From an uncultured delta proteobacterium (lineage in GTDB: Bacteria > Myxococcota > Myxococcia > Myxococcales > Myxococcaceae), in contig CAVZMH010000015.1 of the NCBI GenBank assembly GCA_963776345.1, forward strand, positions 288,001-352,000: a stretch of 64,000 nt of DNA, in the 5' to 3' direction. The notes under the pieces are model-generated. The model ran no database searches. It worked only from the letters and a program-made list of their open reading frames with translations, and was not told where the DNA came from. The translations under genes were made by a program, and so were the position numbers. This document shows, one piece after another, positions 42,584-54,566 of the stretch; positions within the stretch are counted from its first letter, which is position 1, and every line of letters begins with the position of its first letter.

Positions 42584-42961
42584 TCAGCGGCCCCCGACCA
42601 TGCGCTGCACCACTGTCGGTGGGCCGACGATCTGCACGATCGTCGGTCTTGCGGCACTCTGCGGCGGCCGCGGGCACCTCCTCCGCCGTCAGCGCGGCGA
42701 GGGTAGCCGGATAGCGCTCCAGCGTGTCGTCCGGGAGGCCCGAAAGCCGCACGTCCGCGAGCTCCCGGCTCAGCCCGAAGGCGCGGCCATAGCGAAAGGC
42801 GGAGGTGACTCCCTCCCTCCACCGGTACCGGTTCAGGTCGTCTGGCGAGAGCGGCTCCTTCCCCAGAGCATCGACGTCGCGTCTCATCAGAGCAGCGACC
42901 CGGGCCAGCCCACGCTCCCCGTCGACGCGAGCACCAGGATCACCGCGCTGCTCCGCCTCAT
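42584..42961 (-). pseudogene. Deleted remnant of a secreted M16 (insulinase)-like peptidase
   Basis: RBS + signal-like MRRSSAVILVLA joined out of frame to ...LNRYRWREG..GLPDDTLERYPATLAALTAEEV.AAAAEC and TIVQIVGPP, resembling an M16 C-terminus. Confidence 0.45.
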
Positions 42962-43008
42962 GTGTCTCCCCCTCCGGCGCATCGACCCCCGCGCCGTCGA
43001 CGCGCAGC

Positions 43009-43920
43009 TTAGGAGACCTTCTTCGCGGTCGGAAAGAAGCTCGGCAGCGACTCCCCGAGGAACGTCTTCAGCGCCCGCGCCGCGGCGTTCAGGTAGCTCT
43101 CGCCCCGGTGGAGCAGCGCCACCTGGCGCCGCACCCCGCCCTGCCCCACCTCCACCACCTCGAAGCCGCGGCCGGTGCGCTCGCGGGCCATGATCGACGG
43201 CAGGAGCGCGATGCCCAGCCCGCGCTCCACCATCCGCCGCATCGCCTCGGGGTTGTCCGTCTCCAGCACCACGTTCAGCGGCTCCCCCGCCGCCTCCGCC
43301 GCGGCCTCGAGCGCCCGCGTCCCGGCCACGGCGGGCATCACCACCAGCGGGAGCTGGAGCACGTCCCGCAGCGCCACCGGTTTCCTCGCCTCGGCCAGCG
43401 CGTGGCCGCGCGGGACCGCGAGCACGAAGTCCTCGCTCCACAGCTTCTGCTGGACGAGGTCCACCCGCCTGACCGGAAGCGTGAGCACCGCCAGGTCCAG
43501 CTCGCCCTTCGCCACCCGGTCCTCGAGCCCCTCCGACGTCTGCTCCACCAGCCGCAGCCGCACGTCCGGGTAGAGCTTGTGGAAGCGCGGGAGCAGCTCC
43601 GGGAGGAGGTACGCCCCCACCGTGGGCAACGTCCCCAGGGCGACCAGGCCGCTCGCCTTGCCGGCGAGCGCGGTCAGCTCGCTCGCCCCCCGCTGGAGCG
43701 CATCCAGCGCCCGCTGGGCATGGACCAGGTAGCGCTCGCCGGCGCTGGTCAGCACCACGCCCCGCGGCGTCCGCACCATGAGCCGTGTTCCCAGCTCCCG
43801 CTCCAGCGACTGTACCTGCCGGCTCAGTCCCGACTGTGACATCCCCAGCCTGCGGGCCGCGCTCACGAAGCGCTTCTCCTGCGCCAGGGTCAGGAACGCG
43901 CTGAGCTGGTCGGTCGTCAC
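43009..43920 (-). CDS. LysR family transcriptional regulator
   Basis: QLSAF..LA....F..AA..LGMSQSGLSRQVQSLERELG; LTSAG; substrate-binding domain. Confidence 0.93.
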   Translation of the reverse strand: MTTDQLSAFLTLAQEKRFVSAARRLGMSQSGLSRQVQSLERELGTRLMVRTPRGVVLTSAGERYLVHAQRALDALQRGASELTALAGKASGLVALGTLPTVGAYLLPELLPRFHKLYPDVRLRLVEQTSEGLEDRVAKGELDLAVLTLPVRRVDLVQQKLWSEDFVLAVPRGHALAEARKPVALRDVLQLPLVVMPAVAGTRALEAAAEAAGEPLNVVLETDNPEAMRRMVERGLGIALLPSIMARERTGRGFEVVEVGQGGVRRQVALLHRGESYLNAAARALKTFLGESLPSFFPTAKKVS

Positions 43921-43982
43921 GTGCGCTCCAAGGGTCACCTCGGGGAACAGCCCTCGCCAGGCGCAAGAACAGTATGCGTGTG

Positions 43983-43997
43983 ATGCGCCTCCTGCAT
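43983..43997. promoter_or_regulatory. Putative LysR binding box
   Basis: Palindrome ATGC-N7-GCAT (T-N11-A) in the divergent lysR/MFS intergenic region. Confidence 0.6.
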
Positions 43998-44026
43998 GGG
44001 ATTTTCGAGATTAAGTCCAATCGAGC

Positions 44027-45421
44027 ATGGAGACCCCGAGCACCCACATCGCCTGGCAGGCGGCGGCCCCCGGCCCCGAGCGGCGCCGCGCCACCGCCGC
44101 GGTCCTGCTCGCGCTGGTGGTGGCGGCCTTCGAGACGACGGTGGTCACCACCGCGATGCCCACGCTCACCGCGGAGCTCAACGGGCGCGCGCTCTACGCC
44201 TGGGTGTTCACCGGGTTCCTGCTGGCGAGCACCCTCGGGGTGCTCCTCGGAGGCCGCCTCTCGGACCGGCTGGGCCGCCGGGCGACCTTCGTCGCCGGGA
44301 TGGGGCTGTTCCTGCTCGGGTCGGTGCTCTGCGGCTTCTCCACCAGCGTGCCGATGCTGGTCGGCTTCCGCATCCTCCAGGGGCTGGGCGCCGGGGCCGT
44401 GCAGCCGACGACCCTCACCATCAGCTCCGACCTGTACACGCTCGAGGAGCGCGTCACCATCCAGAGCGTCTTCACCGGCGCCTGGGGCCTGGCCTCGGTC
44501 GTCGGCCCGGTCGTGGGTGGGCTCCTGGTGGAGCACCTCGGGTGGCGGTCGGTGTTCTGGGTGAACGTCCCGGTGGGGCTCCTCGCCGTGGTGATGCTCC
44601 GGCGCTCCTACCGCGATCCACCGCGCCGCGAGGGCAGCCGGCTCGAGCTCGGCGGTCCGGCGCTGGGCGCGCTCTCCATGGCGCTGCTCCTCCTGGCCCT
44701 CGAGCCCGCGGCCCTCCCCGTCGCCGCGCGCGCGGCCGTCGTGCTCGCCGCGGCGGCGGCTGCGTGGGCCTTCGTCCGCCAGCAGCGCCGGAGCGCCGAC
44801 CCGCTGGCGCCCCCGGCGACCCTCCGCGACCCGACGGTGCGCGCGGGGCTCCTGGGGGGCCTGGCCTCGGGCGGCGTGCTCTACACGCTCAGCGCCTACG
44901 TGCCGCTGTGGATGATCTCGCACCGCGGGCACTCGGCCGTCGGCGCCGGCGTGGCGCTGGTCCCGCTCCTCACCGGCTGGGCGCTGGGCAGCTCCTTCGG
45001 GGTGAGGCTCCTGCTCCGGGGCGGGCTCCGGGCCTCGGCGGGTCTGGGCTTCCTGCTCGCCGGGACGGGCGCGGCGCTCTTCGGACTGGCGCTCGGCCAC
45101 GGCGCGGCGGACGGCTGGCTCTACGTGGCGCTCGGGCTCCTGGGCATCGGCCTCGGTCCGGCGGCGAGCACCTGCATCATCGCGCCGCAGGCCCGGGTGC
45201 GCTGGGAACAGCGCGGGGCGATCACCAGCGCCGTCTACGCCTGCCGGATGCTCGGGGGCAGCCTGGCCATCGCGGTGGTGAACCTCCTCGGCGGCTCCGA
45301 GCCCCGTCAGGTCTTGCTGGTGGTGGGAATCGCCGCCGCCGGCGCGCTGGCCATCGCGCGGCTCGCTCCGGGCGCGCGGACCGGCGGACGGGCAGCGCTC
45401 GCCGCGCCCGTCCTCGAGTGA
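44027..45421 (+). CDS. MFS drug:H+ antiporter (DHA2-like)
   Basis: GRLSDRLGRR motif A, RILQGLGAG, GPVVGG..WRSVFWVNVPVG; ~14 TMs. Confidence 0.9.
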   Translation: METPSTHIAWQAAAPGPERRRATAAVLLALVVAAFETTVVTTAMPTLTAELNGRALYAWVFTGFLLASTLGVLLGGRLSDRLGRRATFVAGMGLFLLGSVLCGFSTSVPMLVGFRILQGLGAGAVQPTTLTISSDLYTLEERVTIQSVFTGAWGLASVVGPVVGGLLVEHLGWRSVFWVNVPVGLLAVVMLRRSYRDPPRREGSRLELGGPALGALSMALLLLALEPAALPVAARAAVVLAAAAAAWAFVRQQRRSADPLAPPATLRDPTVRAGLLGGLASGGVLYTLSAYVPLWMISHRGHSAVGAGVALVPLLTGWALGSSFGVRLLLRGGLRASAGLGFLLAGTGAALFGLALGHGAADGWLYVALGLLGIGLGPAASTCIIAPQARVRWEQRGAITSAVYACRMLGGSLAIAVVNLLGGSEPRQVLLVVGIAAAGALAIARLAPGARTGGRAALAAPVLE

Positions 45422-45428
45422 CCGTCCC

Positions 45429-46685
45429 TCAGGGCCGCTCGAGCCACGCCCCGCGCAGGAGCACTCCCCGCGGGTGACGGAGCACGCCCACGCCCTGCCG
45501 CGGGTCCCCGGGCACGAGTACCAGGTCCGCGCGGGAGCCGGGAGCCACCGTGCCGATCTCCCTCACCCTGCCCAGGAACTCGGCGGCGGACGAGGTGGCC
45601 GCCTGCAGCGCCTCGAGCGGGCTGAGGCCGGAGGCCACGAGCTCCTCCAGCTCGTCGTGCAGCGACGTCCCGGCCTCCGTGGCGCCGATGCCCGAGTCGG
45701 TTCCGGCGAGGAGCCGGGCGCCCGCGGAATGGAGCGCTCCCACCAGCAGGCGGCGGCGGTGGCTCGCCTCGGCTGCGGCCGGACCCGCGCCCATCAGCAC
45801 CTTCACCACCGTCATCGTCGGGCAGTTCCAGGTGCCTGCGCGCGCGGTCGCCTGCGCCAGCACGGGCATCTCGGCGAGGACCACCGAGGCCCAACGCTCC
45901 GCGGGCGTTTCACCCAGCCCGTCGAGCGCGAGGTCGTACCCCGTGAGGTGCTCGATGGAGAGCATTCGCCGATCCAGGGCGCGCTGGAGCGGAACCGCGA
46001 ACGGCACGTGCCCGAGGAGGCGGATCCCGCGGGCATCCGCGGCGTCGGCCAGCGCCTCGAACACCGGCGCGTCGAGGTGCGAGTAGACCTTCACCCATCG
46101 CCAGCCCTCGCCGGCGAGCCGGGCGACCAGCGCGTCTGCCTGGGCCGGATCGGTGATCAGCTGGGTGTACGGCCAGGGCGAGCCGGGGCCGTCGACACCG
46201 GGCGACGCGGATTCGACGGTCGGCGCCACCGTGCCGTCCCGGACCAGCGCGGCGGCCGCCTCGAGCAGACCTGGCGCCCCCCACATGTTGCGCACGGTGG
46301 TGATGCCCTCGTCGACGTAGCGGGCGAGCTCGGCGGAGCGGGCGTGCACGTGGGAATCGACGAGCCCGGGGACCAGCGTCCCCCCGGCGACGTCGACCGA
46401 CGCGGCCCCCGGGGGAACCGCGACCGTCCCGTCCGCACCCACCGCCACGATCCGGTCTCCCGAGACGAGCACCGTCCGGCCGGCCTGGAGCACCCCGGTC
46501 TCCGGCTCCAGCACCGCGGCGTGGACGAAGGCGATGCTGCCCGGCGGGAGGACCGTCCGGAGCGGAGGGACCCCACTCGTGCCGCCCGATCCGCCGTCGC
46601 CCGCCCCGGGTCCGGCGGGGGACCGGGATCCGGAACAGCCGGCGAGCGTGAGGAGCACCAGCACCGACCGGAGCGAGCGGGCCAT
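45429..46685 (-). CDS. Amidohydrolase-family lipoprotein
   Basis: Lipobox LAGC; PGLVDSHVH, GITTVR, IEH, AGTDSG, G..ADLVL..DP. Confidence 0.88.
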   Translation of the reverse strand: MARSLRSVLVLLTLAGCSGSRSPAGPGAGDGGSGGTSGVPPLRTVLPPGSIAFVHAAVLEPETGVLQAGRTVLVSGDRIVAVGADGTVAVPPGAASVDVAGGTLVPGLVDSHVHARSAELARYVDEGITTVRNMWGAPGLLEAAAALVRDGTVAPTVESASPGVDGPGSPWPYTQLITDPAQADALVARLAGEGWRWVKVYSHLDAPVFEALADAADARGIRLLGHVPFAVPLQRALDRRMLSIEHLTGYDLALDGLGETPAERWASVVLAEMPVLAQATARAGTWNCPTMTVVKVLMGAGPAAAEASHRRRLLVGALHSAGARLLAGTDSGIGATEAGTSLHDELEELVASGLSPLEALQAATSSAAEFLGRVREIGTVAPGSRADLVLVPGDPRQGVGVLRHPRGVLLRGAWLERP

Positions 46686-46761
46686 CGGGGCGCGATTCTC
46701 CACCGGCGAGGGCCCGGTCCGCACTGGTGTCTTTGCACCCGTTGTGAAGGACTGGCGCCGC

Positions 46762-47874
46762 ATGGACCCGCTCGTCCTCGAGAAGGCCTCCGTCCTCTGC
46801 TACCGGCTGTACGACGTGGCGGACGAGATCGACCTGGGCGTCGCCGAGTCGCTCCTGGCCCGTGACGCGCGACGGCTCCGGCTGAGCCGCTCCGGGGCGG
46901 AGTTCCTGCTCCTCCCCAACCCCCCGCTGGTGGTCCGCCTGGGACGGCACTGGCTCGCGCTGCCCGGGGGCCGGGTGGAGGTGGAGGCCCGGGCCCGGCT
47001 GTTCGACTTCGGAGCCGCGTCCATCGTGCTCGGCGTCCCGGTCGCGCCGGGGACGGCGCTGGAGGCGCTGACCCCCACCGCCGACCGGCTCTACGACGGC
47101 CCGGAGGTGGATGCGCTCGCGCGGGAGCTGGTGGACGGGCTGCTGCGCGCGGTGGCCCCGGCGCTGGGAAATCCCCACTTCTGGAGCCAGGCCGAGAGCT
47201 ACGCCGTGGTCTTCGTCGAGGCGGTCCGGGGCGCCCCTTCCGCCGACGAGGTGCTGGAGGGAACGGACCTCGCCCGGCTCCTCCTCGGCGAGACGTCGGT
47301 CCCGGAGCTTTCGGAGGGTGAACGAGCCGACGTGACCCATCGGCACTTCAGCTACGGGGTGAACGACCTGGTGGTCATCGACTGGAACGCGGCCTTCGTC
47401 TACGAGCCATCCGGCTCGGAGGACATCCCGGACATTCTGGAGATCGCCAACGCCCAGCTGCTCGAGCTCCGCTACTACGACGAGGTGCTGGATCAGCGCC
47501 TGGCCCGGGTGAACGAGACCCTGAAGCGGAAGCGAGGAAAGCTCGGCTCCTTCTTTCGCAGCCCCTACCCCGCCCTGGCCCGGCGGGTCCAGGTGACGCT
47601 GCTGGAGATGAACGAGTTCATCGAGCGGATCGAGAACTCCTTGAAGATCATCGGCGACTTCTACCTGGCCAAGGTCTACGAGGCGGCGGTGGAGCGTCTG
47701 CGCATCCCGGCGTGGAAGGCCTCGGTCACCCGGAAGCAGCAGATGCTGGGCCAGGTGTACGGCTGGCTCAAGGGCGAGGTGGACACCGCGCGCTCGCTCA
47801 CCCTCGAGCTGATGGTGGTGCTGCTGATCGTCCTCGAGCTCCTGGTCGCGGCGAGCTCGATCTTCCGTCACTGA
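46762..47874 (+). CDS. RMD1/DUF155-like hypothetical membrane protein
   Basis: DLVVIDWNAAFVY, LEIANAQLLELRYYD, D.YLAKVY, C-terminal TM LELMVVLLIVLE. Confidence 0.7.
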   Translation: MDPLVLEKASVLCYRLYDVADEIDLGVAESLLARDARRLRLSRSGAEFLLLPNPPLVVRLGRHWLALPGGRVEVEARARLFDFGAASIVLGVPVAPGTALEALTPTADRLYDGPEVDALARELVDGLLRAVAPALGNPHFWSQAESYAVVFVEAVRGAPSADEVLEGTDLARLLLGETSVPELSEGERADVTHRHFSYGVNDLVVIDWNAAFVYEPSGSEDIPDILEIANAQLLELRYYDEVLDQRLARVNETLKRKRGKLGSFFRSPYPALARRVQVTLLEMNEFIERIENSLKIIGDFYLAKVYEAAVERLRIPAWKASVTRKQQMLGQVYGWLKGEVDTARSLTLELMVVLLIVLELLVAASSIFRH

Positions 47875-47915
47875 GGGGCTTCCCCCGGGGGCGCTCGGGG
47901 CCTGCGCCCGCGGGA

Positions 47916-48332
47916 TCAGACGCCGCCGTCGACCACCTGGGGCGTCTCGCAGGCGACCACCCCCGCATCGCCCGGAGGGCAGACCGGACAGCTCGCGCCG
48001 GGGAGCCACCGCTCGGGGTCGGTGCCGAACATCCCCGGGGTGGCCTGGAGCGCGCCAGGCAGATCGGGATCCGAGATGAATCGCGGCGCGCCGGGAGACT
48101 GCGTCGCCACCAGCGCGTCCCCGTCGCTCACCCACTCCTGGTAGACGGTGAAGCTCTGGTCGCAGCCGAGGTCGAGCAGCTCGAGGACGTTGGGGTCGGT
48201 GAAGCGGAGGTTCTCGATGCGCCCGGCGTGTTCGAGATGGAACCAGCCGTCGAACCCCGAGGGGACCGAGCTCCCCCAGAGGCGGCAGGACGCCAGCATG
48301 CCGAGGGCCAGCAGGGGCATGAGCCGTCTCAT
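47916..48332 (-). CDS. Small Cys-containing hypothetical lipoprotein
   Basis: Lipobox LASC; ATG overlaps the MMPL stop (ATGA). Confidence 0.65.
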   Translation of the reverse strand: MRRLMPLLALGMLASCRLWGSSVPSGFDGWFHLEHAGRIENLRFTDPNVLELLDLGCDQSFTVYQEWVSDGDALVATQSPGAPRFISDPDLPGALQATPGMFGTDPERWLPGASCPVCPPGDAGVVACETPQVVDGGV

Positions 48333-50887
48333 CCTCCGGGAACCTCCCGCGGCGTGCGCGACGGCAGATGGTCGTCCGTCCGCTCGTGCCGCACCCGCTC
48401 CCGCCACATCAGCCAGCCCGGGAGCGCCACCATCGCGGCCACCAGGCAGGACACCTCGCCGAGCACCGCGATGAGGCCCAGCGAGCGCACCGCCTGGTTC
48501 ACCGAGCCGAGCAGCGCCAGGTACCCCAGGGTGGTGGTCAGGCTGTTGAGCACCACCGCGCCACCGGTGGAGCGCATGGCGGGAATGACGCCGCCTCCGT
48601 TGAGCACCCGCTGCATCACGTTGACCGCGTAGTCCACCCCGATGCCGAAGGTGATGGGCAGGGCCACGAAGTTGAAGAAGTTGATCTTGATGCGTCCGAG
48701 GAAGAGCAGAAGCATCAGCCACAGGAGCCCCACCGCGAGCGAGCCCACCACCTCGAGCGCCGCCCTTCCCCGCCCGAAGGCGAGGAAGACGGTGAGGATG
48801 GTCAGCGACAGGGAGACCGCGGCCGCCTTGGGGATGTCGTTGAGGACCGCGTCCAGGATGTCCGCGAAGATGACCGCCCTGCCGGACCCGCGGATGACGT
48901 CCCCGTTGGGCAGCTTGGTCAGCCGGAAGCTGTCCGCAAAGCGCAGGAGGTAGTGCAGGTCGTTGTCGTCCTTGCCGTTGGTCGGGGTGATGAAGACCAG
49001 CCGTCCGCGCGTGCCGTCCACCTCCGAGAAGGGACGGGCCAGGTCCTCGGGCAGGTCGGCCAGGGTGTAAGGCTTGAGGTTCTCCGGAGGGATCAGCTCC
49101 TTCATCTCCGCCCAGTCGGCGTCGGAGATGCCGCCCTGGCGGCGGGCCTTGAGAAGCTTCTTCCGGACCTCCTCGAGGATCGGAATCTTCGCCGCCTGGT
49201 CCGGGGGGACGAAGTCCTGGAGGGTGTGGACGCCCTCGAACGGCTTGAGCTCCGGGGGCACCGCGTCCCGCCGCTGCTCCAGCGCCCTCACCAGATCGGG
49301 CACCTCGTCGGCCGAGTTGGCGAGCACCACCATTCCGCTCTCGGTGTTGTTGCCCAGCACGTCGGCGGCGCGCGCCGCGACCCGGTACAGCGCCTTCCCG
49401 CCGCCCAGGTCGTTCTGCATGTGCCGCATGTCGTAGTCGATGGGGTCCGCGCGGAGCCAGAGGGCGAACGCCACCGCCCCGGCCACGGCGAGCACCAGCG
49501 AGCCCACGGCCATGGCCCTGGGCGCCCTGGAGACCAGGAACACGAAGGGCCGCTCGTACGCCGACGGCCGCTGCCGCCAGCGATGGAACCAGTTGTGCGA
49601 CTTCCCGGGGCCGTGGATGGGCCAGCGGCGGTCCTGGAGGACCAGCACCGCCGGGGCGAGGAGGTACGTCGCCAGCCAGCAGAGCAGCATCCCCGAGGTG
49701 CCGATGAAGGCGAAGTGCTTGAAGCCGTGGAACTGGGTGACCGCGAGGCTCCCGTAGGCCGCGGCGGCCGCCAGCGCGGCAGTGAGGGTCCCGACCCAGG
49801 TTGCGAGATGCGCCTGCTTGATGGCCGTCTCGAGGTCCTGGCCGCGGCGGCGCTCCTCGAGGAACCGCGCCACGTAGAGGATGCCGAAGTTGATGCCGTT
49901 CCCGGCGATGATTGACACCAGGAAGCCGGTGATGACGTTGAGGTGGCCGATCGCCAGCCGGGTGAGGCCGAAGGTGAAGGTGAGCCCGGCGAGCATCGTC
50001 ACCGTCATCGGCACCAGCACCCGGAAGCGGCGGTAGTAGATGAAGATGACGCCCAGGATGAGCGCGACGCCGGTCACGCCCACGCTCACCAGGTCGTCGA
50101 GCACCGCGCCGTACTCGTACAGCCCGGTGACCAGGTCGCCGGCGTAGCCGATCTTGATGCCGCGGGACTCGGCGTCGGGGAGGGTCTGCTGGACGACCTC
50201 CTTCACCTTCGTGAGCGCCTCGCGCGAGCGCTCCAGCTCGCCGGTGGTGACGCCGGTCCGGACCAGCACCACCAGCGACTTGCCGTCCTTGGACTGGAAG
50301 AACCCGTCCGGGTAGCGGTCCTTGGCGGCCTCGAGCGTGGCCGACTTCCCGCCGAGGAACTTCTCCTTGAGCTCGGCGAAGGTCGGCGCCTTCTGCTCTT
50401 CGTCGTCGTCCTCGAGGCCGAGCGACAGCGCCTTGCCGACCGCCTTCTTGCGCTGGGTGTCGAGCTCTTTGTTGAGCTTCTGGAGGTCCTGGACGCCGGC
50501 GAACAGGCCCGAGCGAGGGAGCAGGAAGTCCCGGGCGACCTGGACGCCGTCCTCGGCGCTGACCACCAGGGGCGGACCGATGGCCCGGAGCGGCTTGAGG
50601 AGCGAGCCGCCGATCGAGCGCAGCGTGTTCCGGTCAGCTCCTTCGAGGAGGACGAAGATGCTCGAGCTTCCGGCCGTGCGCTCGCTCAGTCGCTTGAGCT
50701 CCAGCACCGAGGGCTGGTCGTCCGGGAGCAGCTGGTCGAACCGCGTCCGCAGCTCGAGCCCGCGGGCGAGCCAGCCGCCGGTCACAGTCAGGGCCAGCCC
50801 GAGGAGCAGCACCTGCCAGGGCGCGCGCAGCTGCCAGGCCGCGAGCCGCAGCAGGAGCCGCTCGATGACGCTGTGCTGCTGGGGCAA
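48329..50887 (-). CDS. MMPL/RND family lipid exporter (HpnN-like)
   Basis: Two 1+5 TM halves with periplasmic loops; IIAGNGINFGILYVARFLEE, ITFGIGVDYAV, NSLTTTLGY. Confidence 0.88.
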   Translation of the reverse strand: MPQQHSVIERLLLRLAAWQLRAPWQVLLLGLALTVTGGWLARGLELRTRFDQLLPDDQPSVLELKRLSERTAGSSSIFVLLEGADRNTLRSIGGSLLKPLRAIGPPLVVSAEDGVQVARDFLLPRSGLFAGVQDLQKLNKELDTQRKKAVGKALSLGLEDDDEEQKAPTFAELKEKFLGGKSATLEAAKDRYPDGFFQSKDGKSLVVLVRTGVTTGELERSREALTKVKEVVQQTLPDAESRGIKIGYAGDLVTGLYEYGAVLDDLVSVGVTGVALILGVIFIYYRRFRVLVPMTVTMLAGLTFTFGLTRLAIGHLNVITGFLVSIIAGNGINFGILYVARFLEERRRGQDLETAIKQAHLATWVGTLTAALAAAAAYGSLAVTQFHGFKHFAFIGTSGMLLCWLATYLLAPAVLVLQDRRWPIHGPGKSHNWFHRWRQRPSAYERPFVFLVSRAPRAMAVGSLVLAVAGAVAFALWLRADPIDYDMRHMQNDLGGGKALYRVAARAADVLGNNTESGMVVLANSADEVPDLVRALEQRRDAVPPELKPFEGVHTLQDFVPPDQAAKIPILEEVRKKLLKARRQGGISDADWAEMKELIPPENLKPYTLADLPEDLARPFSEVDGTRGRLVFITPTNGKDDNDLHYLLRFADSFRLTKLPNGDVIRGSGRAVIFADILDAVLNDIPKAAAVSLSLTILTVFLAFGRGRAALEVVGSLAVGLLWLMLLLFLGRIKINFFNFVALPITFGIGVDYAVNVMQRVLNGGGVIPAMRSTGGAVVLNSLTTTLGYLALLGSVNQAVRSLGLIAVLGEVSCLVAAMVALPGWLMWRERVRHERTDDHLPSRTPREVPGG

Positions 50888-51003
50888 TGCGCGAGCTCCC
50901 CTCCCGCTGGGCACAACCGCCGGCGGAGGATGTCACGCCACCAGGCGCTCGGCCACAAAACGTGGCGGACCCCGGTTGACCAGCTCACTGGCTCGCGGGC
51001 GGC

Positions 51004-51923
<920 letters not shown>

Positions 51924-51927
<4 letters not shown>

Positions 51928-52532
51928 GTACGAGGACTCCTTCTGGGGGATGGCGCTGCCGCTCGGTGGCCCAGGATCCACTCGGCGAAGTCTCGAAAGG
52001 CTCCGTGTCCGCCCGGGGCGGAGCAAACGTGAATAACTGCCCCCAGGACGCTCGGCAAGGCATCTGCCGGGGCGGCGGTCAAGCCCTGGGCGGTCAGGAC
52101 GTCGAGGACCTCGAGATCATTCACGTCGTCCCCGATGAAGCCAACTTCGGCCAGGGTCAACCCTTCCTTCTGGCAGAGGGCGCGGACAGCCCCGAGCTTG
52201 TCCTTGACCCCGAGCAGGACGTGCCGGAGCCCCAGCTTCTCGGCCCGCCGCAGCACCGAGGGCGACTGCTCCCCGGTGACGATGCCGGTCTCCACCCCGG
52301 CGTTGCGGAGCCGCTCGACCCCCATCCCGTCACGGATGCTGAAGCGCTTCAGCTCCTCGCCCCGCTCCGAGTAGTACACCCCTGTATCGGTCAGCACCCC
52401 GTCGCTGTCGGTGAGCACCAGGCGGATCTGCGCCGCACGCCGGGCCAGGTCCCGGGCCGAGAGCGCGCCCTTCGGCACCTGGGCGCGCCGGGCCACGGGG
52501 CCACGGCGGGGAGCGGCGCGGGAACGACTCAC
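51924..52532 (-). CDS. KdsC-family HAD phosphatase with KDN-9-P-type residues
   Basis: [36 protein letters not shown]. Confidence 0.88.
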
Positions 52533-53350
52533 CACGTGGTGAATCCTCCGTCCACCACCAGGGCGGCCCCGGTCATGTAGCGGGAAGCGTCGCTGGCGAG
52601 GAACACCACCGCCCCCCGGTAGTCGTCCGGCCGGGCCATGCGCCCGAGCGGGGTGCGCCGGGAATAGGCCTCGATGAACCACGCGTCCTGCCCCGCCTCC
52701 ACCCCGCCCGGACAGAGCGCGTTCACCCGGACGCCCGCCCCGCCCCAGTAGGCCGCCAGGAACCGGGTGAAGGCCAGCACCGCGCCCTTGGTGGTGGGGT
52801 ACGCAGCGGTCTTCCAGAAGGCCTGGGTACCGTCCGGCTTCCGGTAGAGCGACTGGTCCGGCGCGACCAGCCCGTAGGTGGACGAGACGTTGATGATGCT
52901 CCCCTGACCGGCCTTCGCCATCTCGGCGCCGAGCACCTGGGCGCAGAGGAAGGTGCCGGTGACGTTCACCTCGAGCGACCGGCGGAAGAGCGAGACTGGA
53001 TAGCCCTCGAAGCGCGACTGCTCCGCGGCCTTCGCCGGGTCCTCGAACTTGTCGTTGATGGCCGCGTTGTTCACCAGGACGTCGATCCGTCCCGCGGCGG
53101 CGAGCACCTGGTCCCGGAGCGCCCGGACCGAGCTCTCGGAGGTGATGTCCGCACCGATGCCGAGCGCGCCGCGACCGAACTCCGCCGCCACCCGCGCGCA
53201 GGCCGCCCCGTCGATGTCGGTGAGCACCACCCGCGCCCCGGCGTCGGCCAGCGCGCGGCAGTGCTCGCGTCCGAGCAGACCGAGGGCTCCGGTGACCACC
53301 GCCACCTTGCCCTCCAGCGGGCGCTCGCCCGTCGTCGCCTTCGTCTCCAT
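52529..53350 (-). CDS. SDR family oxidoreductase
   Basis: [39 protein letters not shown]. Confidence 0.92.
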   Translation of the reverse strand: METKATTGERPLEGKVAVVTGALGLLGREHCRALADAGARVVLTDIDGAACARVAAEFGRGALGIGADITSESSVRALRDQVLAAAGRIDVLVNNAAINDKFEDPAKAAEQSRFEGYPVSLFRRSLEVNVTGTFLCAQVLGAEMAKAGQGSIINVSSTYGLVAPDQSLYRKPDGTQAFWKTAAYPTTKGAVLAFTRFLAAYWGGAGVRVNALCPGGVEAGQDAWFIEAYSRRTPLGRMARPDDYRGAVVFLASDASRYMTGAALVVDGGFTTW

Positions 53351-53438
53351 CCCGTTCAAGATGCTCACCCCGGCACGTCGTTGCTGCGCCGCGAGGGGAC
53401 GGGCGCACCCGCCGCCCGCCGGCCGGACCGGCGTCCCT

Positions 53439-54566
53439 CTACCATGCTTTGGGACGAACGCCGACCTCCGGACGCCCGCGCGTGGCGAGCAGGAGGGCCC
53501 AGCCGATCGCGATCCAGAACACCTCCTTGAACCGCTTGAGGAGCACGAAGGCGGCGGCGTGGTTGGTGGCGTCGGGGATGCCGGCCCCGCGGAGCAGCGC
53601 CATGTAGCCCGCGTCCTGGACCCCGAGCCCTGCGGGGATGAAGAACGCCGCGCTCCGGGCGAACGAGACCACCGGCTCGAAGGCCAGCACCGCCGAGAAC
53701 GAGAGCTCTACCCCGAGCAATCTCAGGAGAACCCAGCTCTCGGCCGCCTCGACGAACCAGCCGGCGAGGATCCACAGGAAGGCGACCACCAGACCCCGGG
53801 CATGCGACTGGAGCACCGCGCGCACGTGCTGGTCGGTGTCCACGAAGGCCACCTCGCGGGCGATCGTCCAGGCCTGCACCTTCACCAACGGCACGCGCCG
53901 GAGCAGCCCCCACAGGCGCTCGGCGACCTTCCCCGAGAGCAGCACCGCCACCATCCCCACCGAGACCAGGGTGGAGAGGATGCCGAGGCCGAAGAGCAGC
54001 GGCCGGAGCACGGACGGGTCGGCGAGCGATGCTCCGGCGACCGCGGCGGCGGTGAGGAGGTACACGCCCTGGCTGCCGATCTGCAGCGCCTTCTTGACCG
54101 CGAGGCTCGCCGAGCCCTCCGCGACCGCGACGCCGAAGCGCCGGCGGAGGAACCAGACCTTGAGTCCCTCGGCGAGCAGCGGACCGCCGGGGAAGCTCAG
54201 GTGCACCGCCTCGGTGGAGAGCCTGAGGCCCAGCAGCTGCCAGGTGGCGACCCGCGCCTCGAGGCCCCGGAGGATGGCGGCCCAGCCCGCGGTGTCCACC
54301 GTCACCGCCACGCCGTAGGGCACCACGGCGAGCCCCGCCAGCGGCCCCACCTCGGCGAGCAGACGCGCCACGGCCGCCACATCTGCCATCCAGAGCACCC
54401 GGACGAAGAGCCCCACAGAGACGAGGAGCACCAGCACGCGTGCCACGCGCTTCCAGGGCCTGGGCGGAGGCGGCGCCAGCGCCGCCGGGATGACCTCCTC
54501 CAGCACGCCGCCGGTCCCCTCCGCCGCCTCGGTCCCCGTCGTGGGCGGGCCGGCCTCGACGCTCAC
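53439..54566 (-). CDS. Lysylphosphatidylglycerol-synthase TM/flippase-like (UPF0104/HpnL-like) membrane protein
   Basis: Multi-TM protein; P.G...[19 protein letters not shown] motifs. Confidence 0.75.
   Translation of the reverse strand: MSVEAGPPTTGTEAAEGTGGVLEEVIPAALAPPPPRPWKRVARVLVLLVSVGLFVRVLWMADVAAVARLLAEVGPLAGLAVVPYGVAVTVDTAGWAAILRGLEARVATWQLLGLRLSTEAVHLSFPGGPLLAEGLKVWFLRRRFGVAVAEGSASLAVKKALQIGSQGVYLLTAAAVAGASLADPSVLRPLLFGLGILSTLVSVGMVAVLLSGKVAERLWGLLRRVPLVKVQAWTIAREVAFVDTDQHVRAVLQSHARGLVVAFLWILAGWFVEAAESWVLLRLLGVELSFSAVLAFEPVVSFARSAAFFIPAGLGVQDAGYMALLRGAGIPDATNHAAAFVLLKRFKEVFWIAIGWALLLATRGRPEVGVRPKAW

Noticed and set aside
40296..42887. 863-aa ORF as a peptidase-permease fusion
   Set aside because: The middle part is an alternate frame of fpg with Arg/Pro/Gly-rich nonsense composition; the permease starts at ~41519.
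42884..42889. TGA-TGA as selenocysteine readthrough
   Set aside because: The protein-like sequence is in a different frame, with no redox-motif context or recognisable SECIS. A deletion scar fits better.
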